Positions 27,749 through 37,446 are shown, numbered from the stretch's first letter. The stretch is DNA of 64,000 bases from an uncultured archaeon (GCA_964458565.1 CAYWJO010000004.1:64001-128000), one strand, 5' to 3'. Notes: generated by a model not told the origin, from the sequence alone. Translations and numbers: made by a program.

Positions 27749-29332
27749 ATGTCTGATGAATCCCCACAAATTGACTGGCGCGACTCAAACTGGTACACAT
27801 CAATCGCTGATTTTGTAAGTAAATTTAGACGTCATAGGATGGGACTCATTGGGATAACAATCCTAATTTTTTACATCGTAATCGCGATTGCTGCTCCATT
27901 TATCGTTCCTTACGATCCTTCTCCCGCAAATAAGATTGCACCTCCCTTTCTTGCACCTGCTTGGATGCAAGTCTTTGATCCTCTGGGGGTTGTTACATCA
28001 GAACAAATCGACAATCAATATCTCGAATCATCACCCAACGTTACTATAGTTGGTGCCCATCAAGATAGATTCTCTTCAGTTCATTATCCAAGTTCACAAA
28101 ATAAGAGCCATTTCAATATGACTTGGACGCATGTTGCCGGACAAGAATTGGATTTCCACGAAACACTGGATAATACAGTTCATCCTGATTGTATGGATTT
28201 CATCTATATGACTCATACATTCGAGTGGGGATTTCAAAGCATGCCCAGTGATGTAAACATGACCTTCGATTATGGTGTAACTCGTACTGGTACCTTTGCT
28301 ACTCAAGAATATAGTGGACTTATGTTTAAGGTTTTCATCTATCTGATAGATTCTTCAGGTAACTGGTGGAAAGTCTACGAGTCTTTCCCACCATATTATG
28401 AATTGATCCAAAATAGACGTATTGATTTAAGCTACTTCGATGTAGTCGAAGGTTGGGAGGGTATGACTTCACACCTAAATCAGACCGAAGATCCAACAAA
28501 ACAATTGACAGTTGCTGTCGTTTTATCACCTACGGATAATTTCAGAAAATCTAGAAGTCCTAGCAATCCGATTGACTATCCGATCCTCAATTATACTGGG
28601 TCAGTTACTGTGCAGATAAAACGTTTGAGTATGATTGCATATGGAGATTACTTTGGTATTCTTGGTACCACTGATAAAGGTGCAGATGCATATAGCCAGT
28701 TAATATGGGGAACTCGAATATCATTAACAATTGGAATTCTAGCAACAGGCATCTCAACAGCAGTTGGTGTGGTTGTTGGAATGACCGCAGGATATTTCGG
28801 TGGAAAACTAGACGAGATATTAATGAGGGTTGTTGACTTCCTCCTCGTGATACCAGGACTGCCGCTTATGATGGTCCTTGCGGCCTTCCTAGGGCCGACT
28901 ATAGAAAATATAATTGTGGTCATATCTATACTTGGTTGGACGGGGACGTCTCGTCTGATCCGGTCACAGGTGATGGCTGAAAAGAACAAGGCATACGTCG
29001 AGAGTGCGAAGGCAATTGGAGCCTCCGATACTTACATTATATATCGTCACATTCTCCCTAATGTAACACCAATCTTGTTCGCTGACATAACATTGGGTGT
29101 CGTTGGTGCCATCCTTTCGGAATCTGGTCTTGCGTTCCTTGGTCTTACTGACCCAAGCGAACCAAGCTGGGGTAGAATGCTTGCTGACGCACAGGCCGCT
29201 GGTGGATTCAGCAATGGTGCATGGTGGGTTGTAGTCTTCCCGGGACTGATGATTACTATATTGTCACTCGCTTTCACCTTTGTTGGTCATACGCTTGATC
29301 AAGTACTTAATCCGCGTTTGCGTGAGAGATAG
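27749..29332 (+). CDS. oppC: Oligopeptide ABC transporter permease (OppC type), copy 2
   Basis: Paralog of 24321-25961; start MSDESPQ at 27749 after GAGG aligns with MSEETKQ of copy 1. Confidence 0.88.
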   Translation: MSDESPQIDWRDSNWYTSIADFVSKFRRHRMGLIGITILIFYIVIAIAAPFIVPYDPSPANKIAPPFLAPAWMQVFDPLGVVTSEQIDNQYLESSPNVTIVGAHQDRFSSVHYPSSQNKSHFNMTWTHVAGQELDFHETLDNTVHPDCMDFIYMTHTFEWGFQSMPSDVNMTFDYGVTRTGTFATQEYSGLMFKVFIYLIDSSGNWWKVYESFPPYYELIQNRRIDLSYFDVVEGWEGMTSHLNQTEDPTKQLTVAVVLSPTDNFRKSRSPSNPIDYPILNYTGSVTVQIKRLSMIAYGDYFGILGTTDKGADAYSQLIWGTRISLTIGILATGISTAVGVVVGMTAGYFGGKLDEILMRVVDFLLVIPGLPLMMVLAAFLGPTIENIIVVISILGWTGTSRLIRSQVMAEKNKAYVESAKAIGASDTYIIYRHILPNVTPILFADITLGVVGAILSESGLAFLGLTDPSEPSWGRMLADAQAAGGFSNGAWWVVVFPGLMITILSLAFTFVGHTLDQVLNPRLRER

Positions 29333-29504
29333 AGTGTATCCAATAATCCTCAGTCTAAAAAGAAAAGATGGCCGATACAGATTTCGATATAATGGCCATT
29401 TTCCGACATACCTATGTGTATTAATGCCCAGCATAAGGCTTTTATTGACATTTGTGGAACGTCAGCATCAATCCGATTCCGACTCGGAAGGAGATAGAGA
29501 GAAT

Positions 29505-31439
29505 ATGCTTAAAGACCGTCGACGAGTTCTTGCATTAACACTCGTTGCCGCTTTTGCGTTTATGGCAATTTCACCTATATTTGCCACAGCACAATTTACA
29601 GTTCCAGGTGGACTTAAAAATGGTCCATATGTGGACAAAATTGTGTATAACGTAATTGAAGGTGACGACCAGCAGGTCCTCGCTCTACAGAATGACGAGA
29701 TCGATCTTATCGGTGATATGGTCGATCCAACTCACCTAGCCACTTTACAGGCAGCTGAGAATATTGAGGTAGCAAACGTACTCCGAAACGGGTACGGTTA
29801 TGTTACCATTAACACAGCAAAGAACCCATTCAACTACACAGACTTCAGACGAGCAATTGCCTTTGCTCTTGACAAGCAGGCAATCTCAGACGATGCTTGG
29901 GATGGTTTATCAGAACCTCAAGACTCAATGGTAGCTAAAGTCAACCCGTTCACAAGTGAAGGCCTTCTACCTTACACTTACTATGAGGCACAGGTTGCTC
30001 TTGGAAATCAGATGCTGGATGACCTCGGAATGGAAATTGATCCCCTCACAACCTTCAGACTCACACCAAATGGTGATGCATTTGACGTGCTAGTTGAGTG
30101 CGCACAGTCATCCAACATTGCTATTGAAGTTGGTGAGAAGGTTGCTGAAGCACTTCGTGCTCTACACGTTGATGCAGTATCAGAACCAACTGACTTCTAT
30201 GAGTATCTGAACAGGCTCTACTTCCACGGTGACTATGACATCGTATTCCTTGGTTCAAGCTTCACCACCTTTGATGTTGACTGGATTGCCTATGAGTACT
30301 GGTCAGAGTTTGCTGATGAGCCATACTACAACTTCCCCAACTGGCAGAACGCAACCTACGACAGCTGGAGAGACCAACTCCTCCATGCGACTCAGTTTGA
30401 AGATGTCTACGAGGCAGCCTTCAAGATGCAGGAGATATGGGTCCATGCATGTCCAATGATCATCTGTTATGAGAACACTCTCTTGTCAGCCTATAGGACC
30501 GATAAGTTCGAGGGTCTCATTAACAGTGTGATTGATGGTGTACCTGGATGGTGGACAAACTACAAAGTTCACCTCAAGCCAGGTCAGTCTGGTGCTCCTT
30601 GGAGTGGTACATTCCGCTGGAGTAATCCACTCGACCTTGACACCTTCAACTTCATGACGGGCAGCTCTGCGTACACCAATAATGTCCTCATGAATCTCTA
30701 CGACAGTCTCATGACCATTGATTACAATGGTAACGACATATTGTGGTTGGCGGAGAATTATTTCGCTGAAACCCACGCTGATAATCCATCAGTGCCAGAT
30801 GGCTATACCAGATTTACATTCGATATGATTCAGAATGCAACCTGGACTGATGGTACTCCACTGACTGCTGAGGATGTTGCATACTCGCTCAACTATTTCC
30901 GTGATTCGCCAGCTAACCCATACGGTCCTGACCTTTTGGAGATGACTGCAGCGTATGCTCCAACAACATACAGGGTTGTAATAGAATTCAGTACTGAGTC
31001 ATATTGGCATCTACATACTGTTGCATACAAGACCATTATTCCGAAGCACTTCTTCTTGACTATTGGTCTTGATGGATGGAACACTTGGGATCCACAGCCT
31101 CCAACAGAGGGTATGGTCACATCAGGTCCATTCAATGTGTCTGACTACGTTGCTGGTGAGTTCTGTGAAGTGACTTGGAATCCAGACTACTTCTATGGTA
31201 TGGATCGTGATGAGATTTGGCAAACAACAACACCTGGTCCAACCACATCCACATCCACAACCACGACTCCAATTACAACGACTGAGCCTGGAACAACCAC
31301 TGAAACAACCACAACCACTGAAGAACCAACCACTCCTGTAGCACCTGTACAAGACTTCACCATGGCAATTGTTGCCGGTGCAGTTGGTGCGGCAGTTGTG
31401 ATTCTCGTTGGTGGATATGTACTGCTTAGGCAGAAGTAG
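29505..31439 (+). CDS. oppA: Oligopeptide ABC transporter substrate-binding protein with Thr-rich linker and C-terminal TM anchor
   Basis: Signal peptide MLKDRRRVLALTLVAAF, FRRAIAFALDK, WTDGTPLTAEDV, GPF, Thr-rich linker, TM helix + RQK. Confidence 0.88.
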   Translation: MLKDRRRVLALTLVAAFAFMAISPIFATAQFTVPGGLKNGPYVDKIVYNVIEGDDQQVLALQNDEIDLIGDMVDPTHLATLQAAENIEVANVLRNGYGYVTINTAKNPFNYTDFRRAIAFALDKQAISDDAWDGLSEPQDSMVAKVNPFTSEGLLPYTYYEAQVALGNQMLDDLGMEIDPLTTFRLTPNGDAFDVLVECAQSSNIAIEVGEKVAEALRALHVDAVSEPTDFYEYLNRLYFHGDYDIVFLGSSFTTFDVDWIAYEYWSEFADEPYYNFPNWQNATYDSWRDQLLHATQFEDVYEAAFKMQEIWVHACPMIICYENTLLSAYRTDKFEGLINSVIDGVPGWWTNYKVHLKPGQSGAPWSGTFRWSNPLDLDTFNFMTGSSAYTNNVLMNLYDSLMTIDYNGNDILWLAENYFAETHADNPSVPDGYTRFTFDMIQNATWTDGTPLTAEDVAYSLNYFRDSPANPYGPDLLEMTAAYAPTTYRVVIEFSTESYWHLHTVAYKTIIPKHFFLTIGLDGWNTWDPQPPTEGMVTSGPFNVSDYVAGEFCEVTWNPDYFYGMDRDEIWQTTTPGPTTSTSTTTTPITTTEPGTTTETTTTTEEPTTPVAPVQDFTMAIVAGAVGAAVVILVGGYVLLRQK

Positions 31440-31444
31440 TTTCA

Positions 31445-31482
31445 ATTTGGGGACTAAGTCCCCAAATCCCTTTCTTTTTTTT
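31445..31482 (+). terminator. Hairpin + T-tract terminator after oppA
   Basis: Perfect 10-bp stem ATTTGGGGAC / GTCCCCAAAT followed by CCCTTTCTTTTTTTT. Confidence 0.7.
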
Positions 31483-31570
31483 CAAACTCATTTCAAGACT
31501 AGTTAGTACCGTATTCATTGATTGCGTGTACCTCATTGTCTTTTAATAGATTTACAGGAAAAAGGAAGAA

Positions 31571-32449
31571 GTGAATTCAATGAAGTTCGACAGAGACCGT
31601 ATAACACTCATCATTATCTCACTACTACCTGTTTTCATTGGTTCCTTATTATCTGCTAGCGTTATTTCATCAACGGCCATTGGAGAGATTATCTCTGACT
31701 CGCGCGCTTTCACTCCAAGTGAGTTGATTATCCAAGCTGTTGTTTCAACGCTGATGGGCGTCTTTGTTGTTCTTTCGTTGTTCTATTTGATGTCCCGAAA
31801 AGGACGTGGCGTCCAGAAAATAGCTGTTGCATTCATTGTTTCTCCAATACTTTACTTGGTTTCATTGTTCCTGGGACAGTCCATACTAATTTTAATTTTC
31901 ACAGGCTCAAATGATGCGTTTCAAGGAATATTGCTTGTAGTATCATTAGGAATTTCTATGTTATCCATCGTATTGATAATGATCGATGCTATTCCTCCAA
32001 TGATTCGAAATTTATTCGTTGCTTTCTATGGTAGCACATTTGGAACATTTCTCGGTTTAACAACCGTTACAGCAAGCATGTCGATTTTGATTCTCTCGTT
32101 AATAGTAGAGGATTTCTTCCTGACCAAATATAATCCAATTGCTGATGAGGAGTATATGGACTCAAAGATAGGAAGTGATCCATTTGATTACACTCGCATT
32201 CAATCTGAAAGTGTCGCAGTGGGTGTTGGTGATTTTGTAGCTTTCTCACTTATAGCTGCTCATTCTATAGCATATTTCCCAATTTTTGTTGCAGCCTCGT
32301 CAATGCTAATGTTGTGTGTTGGTATTATAATCAATATAGCAATTCTTGCTAAAGTGGGTGAGATATTACCTGCTATTCCATTACCTGCTATACTTGCTGT
32401 CGTACCTTGGTTTCTTCATATTGCCTCTTACATTGCCTTAGGAGGGTGA
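31571..32449 (+). CDS. Presenilin/signal-peptide-peptidase-like GxGD intramembrane aspartyl protease
   Basis: About 9 TM; ..VEDF (YD-equivalent Asp), VGVGDF, LPAIP (PAL motif). Confidence 0.7.
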   Translation: MNSMKFDRDRITLIIISLLPVFIGSLLSASVISSTAIGEIISDSRAFTPSELIIQAVVSTLMGVFVVLSLFYLMSRKGRGVQKIAVAFIVSPILYLVSLFLGQSILILIFTGSNDAFQGILLVVSLGISMLSIVLIMIDAIPPMIRNLFVAFYGSTFGTFLGLTTVTASMSILILSLIVEDFFLTKYNPIADEEYMDSKIGSDPFDYTRIQSESVAVGVGDFVAFSLIAAHSIAYFPIFVAASSMLMLCVGIIINIAILAKVGEILPAIPLPAILAVVPWFLHIASYIALGG

Positions 32450-32510
32450 GTTAGCTGAATGCATTGAGCGGAAAGAAGATATTCATCAATGTCAGTACAA
32501 AATGTCGTGA

Positions 32511-33068
32511 ATGACAATGATATCGGATGACAGACCTCAGAACATGATTATTGGATTGGCAATCATTATTGGCGTGATTAGTGCTTTTTCACTTGCTAGT
32601 ACAACTACATATTATACAGGTACTATCTACATGGTCCGATATATGGATATTAATTTAGAAGAGATTAGTATCAGTGGTTTGGATATCAATAACAAAAGCA
32701 CAGACATACTTATGCGTCTTGTTTTTAATTTCCAAATCCCCGACACAAGCACAGGAAGTGTTCGTCTCACATATATTGCTGCTCAAGTGATTGTAATTAT
32801 AGATGACGTTGCAGATGAATTGAGCTATACTGTTTTTAGAAGAGATATATCACGACAGGATGGTCAGTTGACACCTAACTTCAATAGAAACTTTACAATT
32901 TATGGACCAATTACAGATTCTACTGACAGAAATACATTGTATAACGCATCTGTTGCAGATAGCTGGAATTTCTCAATCGAACTCAGATATTTCTATCAAT
33001 CATTTGGTTCAACAGCAGATGATGTGAACATAAGATTGTATTTAATTGATCAAGTACGCCTCACTTAA
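32511..33068 (+). CDS. Membrane-anchored beta-rich extracellular protein
   Basis: N-terminal TM, beta-strand-rich body, several N-x-S/T sequons. Confidence 0.55.
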   Translation: MTMISDDRPQNMIIGLAIIIGVISAFSLASTTTYYTGTIYMVRYMDINLEEISISGLDINNKSTDILMRLVFNFQIPDTSTGSVRLTYIAAQVIVIIDDVADELSYTVFRRDISRQDGQLTPNFNRNFTIYGPITDSTDRNTLYNASVADSWNFSIELRYFYQSFGSTADDVNIRLYLIDQVRLT

Positions 33069-34108
33069 TTATCACCAGAAAGCATCCCTTTCAGTCGAGC
33101 GATAACCTCTATAGAAGCCGGGTTGACATCCTTTTGTCTAGCTAATTTAACTGAGAGAACATCTAGGAAGTGTATTTGAGCTAGAGTTTCATCTATCAGG
33201 GAATCAGTCTTGAATTTCAATTGATGAACAGGTATATCGTAAGACTTGTAGATTTCAATCGTTGCTTCAAGCCGCCTATGCAGCTGGACTGATTCAAAGC
33301 AGCTTCGAAGAAATATCGGTATGATTGCAAATTCCTTAAAACCCACTATAGATTCAATTTCATTGTGATTTACTTCGGGTATCTCAGATGAGAAAGCGAC
33401 ACTCTTACTATTCTCATTGATTTGACATTTAGCTCTATATGCAACTGGAGCGAGATTGTTTGCACCTATGAAAAGGAGTATTGAATTTGTTAATTCATTT
33501 ATTATCTGAAAATTCCATTGTTTCCTGAGCGCTTGAATTTTCTTTGACGCTAACTGAAACTCTGTTCTTTCGAACCCAAGAATTATTTCCAACTCATTCA
33601 TGAGTACGGAGAACAGAATAGGGAATGCTGCTCTTGGCTGAAATCCAGGTGGAATGACTTGATATGGAACTCCTAGATTTTTCAAGATATCTCCAATCTT
33701 ACCTCCAGAAGTAATTGCAGTAACTCTGCAGTTCTTCATTATCGCTTGTTCAAGGCTAGAAATAGTTTCTGCAGTATTCCCTGAATAACTGATTGCGATG
33801 ACAATCCACTTCGTATCGATGTAATGTGGTATGTCATAGTTCCTGATTACTTCAATTGGAATGTTGGATTTTGATAATAAAAGTCCCTTACAGATAGATC
33901 CTGCAATCGAACTTCCTCCCATTCCGATGACACAGATCCCAGCAATCTCTTCCCTTGATATATTTTCTAGATATTTTACTATTCCTAAATCTAGGTGCAC
34001 CAAGGACAAGAGTTCTGGAAATCCATCAGCCATACTTTCCATATCATCTAGGTCAATGCTTTGGATATCTTTCAAGATTCTCAACAAATCTTGTATCTCG
34101 TTTTTCAT
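33065..34108 (-). CDS. Bifunctional phosphoglucose/phosphomannose isomerase (SIS)
   Basis: GMGGSSIAG, SYSGNTAET, TSGG, QPRAA, QINENSK, PEVNHNEIE. Confidence 0.9.
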   Translation of the reverse strand: MKNEIQDLLRILKDIQSIDLDDMESMADGFPELLSLVHLDLGIVKYLENISREEIAGICVIGMGGSSIAGSICKGLLLSKSNIPIEVIRNYDIPHYIDTKWIVIAISYSGNTAETISSLEQAIMKNCRVTAITSGGKIGDILKNLGVPYQVIPPGFQPRAAFPILFSVLMNELEIILGFERTEFQLASKKIQALRKQWNFQIINELTNSILLFIGANNLAPVAYRAKCQINENSKSVAFSSEIPEVNHNEIESIVGFKEFAIIPIFLRSCFESVQLHRRLEATIEIYKSYDIPVHQLKFKTDSLIDETLAQIHFLDVLSVKLARQKDVNPASIEVIARLKGMLSGDN

Positions 34109-34196
34109 TTAATAGTGATTCGTTATTTCTCTGAAAGAATAACACTAATGAGAGGCTTTTTGAACAAGTTGTATAGTTTGAATTCGAGGTGGACAA

Positions 34197-34688
34197 ATGG
34201 GTATTATGAAAACCGCAGCAATTAAGGGTCTAATTCCTGCTGGAAACAAAGTCGCGGAGCTTCGACACAACATATACAACATTATGGTGAAGACTCCCCT
34301 GGTTTTAGAAGAACAGTTAGGGCAAGACGGTCTAACCGCACTTGCTGAGGTTTTTCGCAGATTAGGACGTGAGGATGCAAAAGGGATGAAGGACCGACTT
34401 GGGTTTGGTGAAACTTTGAAAGATTCTGTTGATGCATGGAAGGTCATTGGCCATGTCTTAGGATCAAAAATGAGTGATACTTGGATATCAGAAACCCGTG
34501 TGGAATTTCATCACCAATATTGCCCTCAGCATGAAGCTTTCCAGAAAGAGGGAAAATTCTATTGTGAAACTATATGTTTACCCTACATGGAATCAATCGC
34601 ATCTGGTATAGCACCATCAGTAAAGATGGATGTTGTTAGAGCATCTGATGAGAACCAACCTTGCATCAAAGGTTTGACTACTGATTGA
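34197..34688 (+). CDS. V4R/ATC-hydrolase-like protein with conserved Cys
   Basis: YCPQH...YCETIC...PCI pattern after a helical N-terminus. Confidence 0.55.
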   Translation: MGIMKTAAIKGLIPAGNKVAELRHNIYNIMVKTPLVLEEQLGQDGLTALAEVFRRLGREDAKGMKDRLGFGETLKDSVDAWKVIGHVLGSKMSDTWISETRVEFHHQYCPQHEAFQKEGKFYCETICLPYMESIASGIAPSVKMDVVRASDENQPCIKGLTTD

Positions 34689-34753
34689 ACTAGTTGAATG
34701 ATGTTACAGCTTCGTTATCTTCAGAGTCATCATAATGTAAATCCCCTAGGATT

Positions 34754-35470
34754 ATGCTTAAGTGTGGGAGGGTTCGGAATCAATTGGGAATTCTCTTGCT
34801 AAAAGCTGTAGTTTTTGATCTCGATGGTACAATTACAAAATTGATTCTACCATTAGAAGATATGAGACAGGACACCAAGACCTTTTTCATTACAAAGGGA
34901 CTTCCTCCCCATCTAATTGACCCTGCTGATGGTATATCCAGCACAAAACACAAAGCTCTGAAATTCTTTAAAGAGAACGGAATTACTTCTGATGAATGGA
35001 ATTCGTGGTGTGAAGAACTGGATTTTGTTTTGGACTCCCATGAAACAGATGTCGCTCATCGTGCAGAACTGATTGATGGATCATTGGATGCTGTCAAGAG
35101 AATACGTAGTCTTAGATTAAAAACCGCAATTTTGACAAATAGTGGGCGATTAGCAGTTGATGTTATTCTGAACCGAATTCCACTTGAGAGTTATTTTGAT
35201 TTGATTCAAACACGATCTGAATCTAGTAGACCCAAGCCATTTCCAGATGGTATTCTTGAAGTCGTTGAAAAATTGGGTGTCAGGATTGATGAAGCTTTAT
35301 ACATTGGTGATGCGAACATTGATGCCGTGGCTTCTTGTTCAGCAGGTATTCAATATTGGGGGGTTACTACTGGAGAAACTCAGGAAGATATCTTGTTGAG
35401 CTCTGGAGCTATGAAGGTCTTCAAATCTCTTGATGAAGTGTATTATGAGATTGAAAGGTCTATCAAATAA
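34754..35470 (+). CDS. HAD family phosphatase (phosphoglycolate phosphatase-like); start probably a few codons downstream
   Basis: FDLDGT, LTNS, KPFPDG, YIGDANID. Confidence 0.88.
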   Translation: MLKCGRVRNQLGILLLKAVVFDLDGTITKLILPLEDMRQDTKTFFITKGLPPHLIDPADGISSTKHKALKFFKENGITSDEWNSWCEELDFVLDSHETDVAHRAELIDGSLDAVKRIRSLRLKTAILTNSGRLAVDVILNRIPLESYFDLIQTRSESSRPKPFPDGILEVVEKLGVRIDEALYIGDANIDAVASCSAGIQYWGVTTGETQEDILLSSGAMKVFKSLDEVYYEIERSIK

Positions 35471-35699
35471 CTTGGCCAATTGTTAAGTTAACAATCGGTC
35501 AAAGATGTCCTTAATTTTTTAATTTCCTCGTACCCCTCTTTTGAGTTTAATTTATTCAAAATAGTCGTATTCTATCAAGTAACAGCGCATTTTGGCTGAT
35601 TACCCGAATCAAAATAGTGTTATATGTATATTCTCTCGATTTATCTTGCAAACAGTCCACTACCTTGTTCTGTACCTATCAGATGAGGGTATAAAAAAG

Positions 35700-36080
35700 A
35701 TGAATATTGATGAAGGAGCATATCTAGTGCTAAAAGGCGCAACTGGAGCATTTAGTTGCAATGTGCCTATTCTTCCTCGGGAATGGTCTGATACAAATCG
35801 TCCATATGTAGCGCTTCTATTACTTGTGCAAGATGTCGTCCAGCGTCTAATGCTCTCATATCCCCATCCTGACGGGTTTCTGGAAATATCTGAGATCGAA
35901 GACTTACCGGAAGAATCAATCATCGAAGTTCGTATAGACTCCCGTGAGTATAGCTATTATCGAAAAGAAAATAGTACCTGGAGGAAGGTTGGCGCAGCTC
36001 AAGATCCATTTCTTGTCGAGGTTTTCTCCCAGAGCGGAAGTCCTCTTGTAATGAACATGGTTATGGGAACAACTATGTAA
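35700..36080 (+). CDS. Hypothetical protein
   Basis: ATG at 35700 after GAGGG; coding-like ORF; no recognised motif. Confidence 0.55.
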   Translation: MNIDEGAYLVLKGATGAFSCNVPILPREWSDTNRPYVALLLLVQDVVQRLMLSYPHPDGFLEISEIEDLPEESIIEVRIDSREYSYYRKENSTWRKVGAAQDPFLVEVFSQSGSPLVMNMVMGTTM

Positions 36081-36092
36081 TTAGTGTAAGAT

Positions 36093-36236
36093 TCAATACC
36101 ATTCAAACTCTTCTCCGCAACTGTTGCATCGATGATTGAGAACTATCACTTCGTCTGGTGGTGGGCCATGATTAATTTTCTCTACATCTGAACTGTCGCA
36201 AAAGGGGCATCTTGGAATGTTATTATCATCTGATAT
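36093..36236 (-). CDS. Small zinc-ribbon protein (47 aa), not in the ORF track; no ATG/GTG/TTG upstream of the first Cys pair, probable ATA start
   Basis: Translates ISDDNNIPRCPFCDSSDVEKINHGPPPDEVIVLNHRCNSCGEEFEWY*; CPxC...CxxC; TATA-like TTTAAATT ~25 nt upstream. Confidence 0.6.
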   Translation of the reverse strand: MSDDNNIPRCPFCDSSDVEKINHGPPPDEVIVLNHRCNSCGEEFEWY

Positions 36237-36283
36237 AGTACAGAATATTGTGAGGTTTTAATTTAAATTGTTTCAATGAATAA

Positions 36284-37012
36284 TTATGTTAAATTCACTT
36301 GGACAGCTCTGCACCAGAATGCTTGCGAAACCAGGTCCTTAGCTTCATCCAATGTTATATCTTGCTCAGTAACTATATCATGTATAGACATGCCCGTTCT
36401 TAATGATTGGATGAACTTGGTCATTCTGAATACCGTACTCGGTAGTTCATTCCTCGGAATATATTTACTCCACTCTTGGTCTACTTCGATGATGGTTTGT
36501 TCTGTCAGTTCAGATAGAACCAATGTCCTTCGGACATAGTGGTCAAATTCTTTGAAAGCAGAACCTTGCAGATCATCTGCATATCGTAGTACATAGAAAT
36601 TCTGTTCAAACTCATTAACAATCCGCTGAAGTTTTTCAGTTACATCCGGTGTTGCCTTTGATACTGCAAGAACTCCAATAGACCACTCACCTTTCTCAAT
36701 CAGCAATATAACATCATCACCAAATTCCGTTTTCCATGTTTTCGCTGATGTCCCAGTCACTTCCTGCATGAAACTACTCATGGCTGATACAAATCCAGAT
36801 ATGATCTGAGGGTCTGGCATTCCATTAACAAATTCATGCCAGTATGGTGCGAGTCCACTCTGACTATTGAGAACGATGAGTACCTTAGCGTTTGTGAATT
36901 CAGGATAGTCAAAACTAGAATCAGGTGAAAACAACCATCTTCGTAGTACACTTGTACTATGAGATAGCTTGCGATATATATTTAGCAAAAATCTCCTGAT
37001 TACATACGCCAT
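36284..37012 (-). CDS. Longin-like domain protein with C-terminal winged-helix (Asgard eukaryotic signature protein type)
   Basis: VLIVLNSQSGL.Y...DPQIISGFVSAMSSFMQEV...LQRIVNEFEQNF, typical of Asgard longin/sigma-adaptin-like domains. Confidence 0.65.
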   Translation of the reverse strand: MAYVIRRFLLNIYRKLSHSTSVLRRWLFSPDSSFDYPEFTNAKVLIVLNSQSGLAPYWHEFVNGMPDPQIISGFVSAMSSFMQEVTGTSAKTWKTEFGDDVILLIEKGEWSIGVLAVSKATPDVTEKLQRIVNEFEQNFYVLRYADDLQGSAFKEFDHYVRRTLVLSELTEQTIIEVDQEWSKYIPRNELPSTVFRMTKFIQSLRTGMSIHDIVTEQDITLDEAKDLVSQAFWCRAVQVNLT

Positions 37013-37231
37013 ATTTCCTGCATCCGACCCAAATATCTCTAATTCGAGGAAAATTTTCCTCTACTACTTTGCATGAATGTTTTCCGAAATCATTTGAAAT
37101 CAAATCGATGTCGTTCGCACTCAGTCTGCGAAACTCCTAGGTGTATCCTTCCACAGACGATATATTATCACTGCTTTGATTTAAGGGTTGTTGGTTAGCA
37201 AATAGTGATTTTCTGTGTGCTAGAAAATAAG

Positions 37232-37368
37232 ATGAAGGTGCGAGGAGCGTCAGAATAAGTTAGGTTCGCTTTGGGGTTTGAGGAGGAGAGGATGTGTGCA
37301 CTATGTGCGATTAGGATTCTTTCGGATTTTGGAGGGAGGGAGTTTGACGCTACCTCGACACTCGTTCA
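37232..37368 (-). ncRNA. Candidate small RNA: long terminal stem enclosing CU-rich (anti-SD-like) segments
   Basis: 37238-37254 pairs with 37343-37361; minus-strand interior has CUCCCUCCCUCC and CCUCUCCUCCUC; TATA-like TTTTTATAAG ~25 nt upstream; no ORF. Confidence 0.4.
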
Positions 37369-37431
37369 ATTGATATGGTTTTTGGGATTCCTTATAAAAA
37401 TTGTGATATTCTCAATATCTTTATGATTTAT

Positions 37432-37446
37432 TTGCGATAATCGCAA
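37432..37446. promoter_or_regulatory. Perfect palindrome TTGCGAT-A-ATCGCAA (candidate operator)
   Basis: 15-bp palindrome in the long intergenic region. Confidence 0.4.

Noticed and set aside
23655-29504. Long N-terminal extensions in the ORF track for oppD (23810), oppC2 (27653) and oppA (29280)
   Set aside because: Not homologous to the families; downstream ATGs have SD motifs and fit the paralog or signal peptide.
31222-31340. ACA/ACC-rich repeat-like tract
   Set aside because: Ordinary Thr-rich linker of an archaeal substrate-binding protein.
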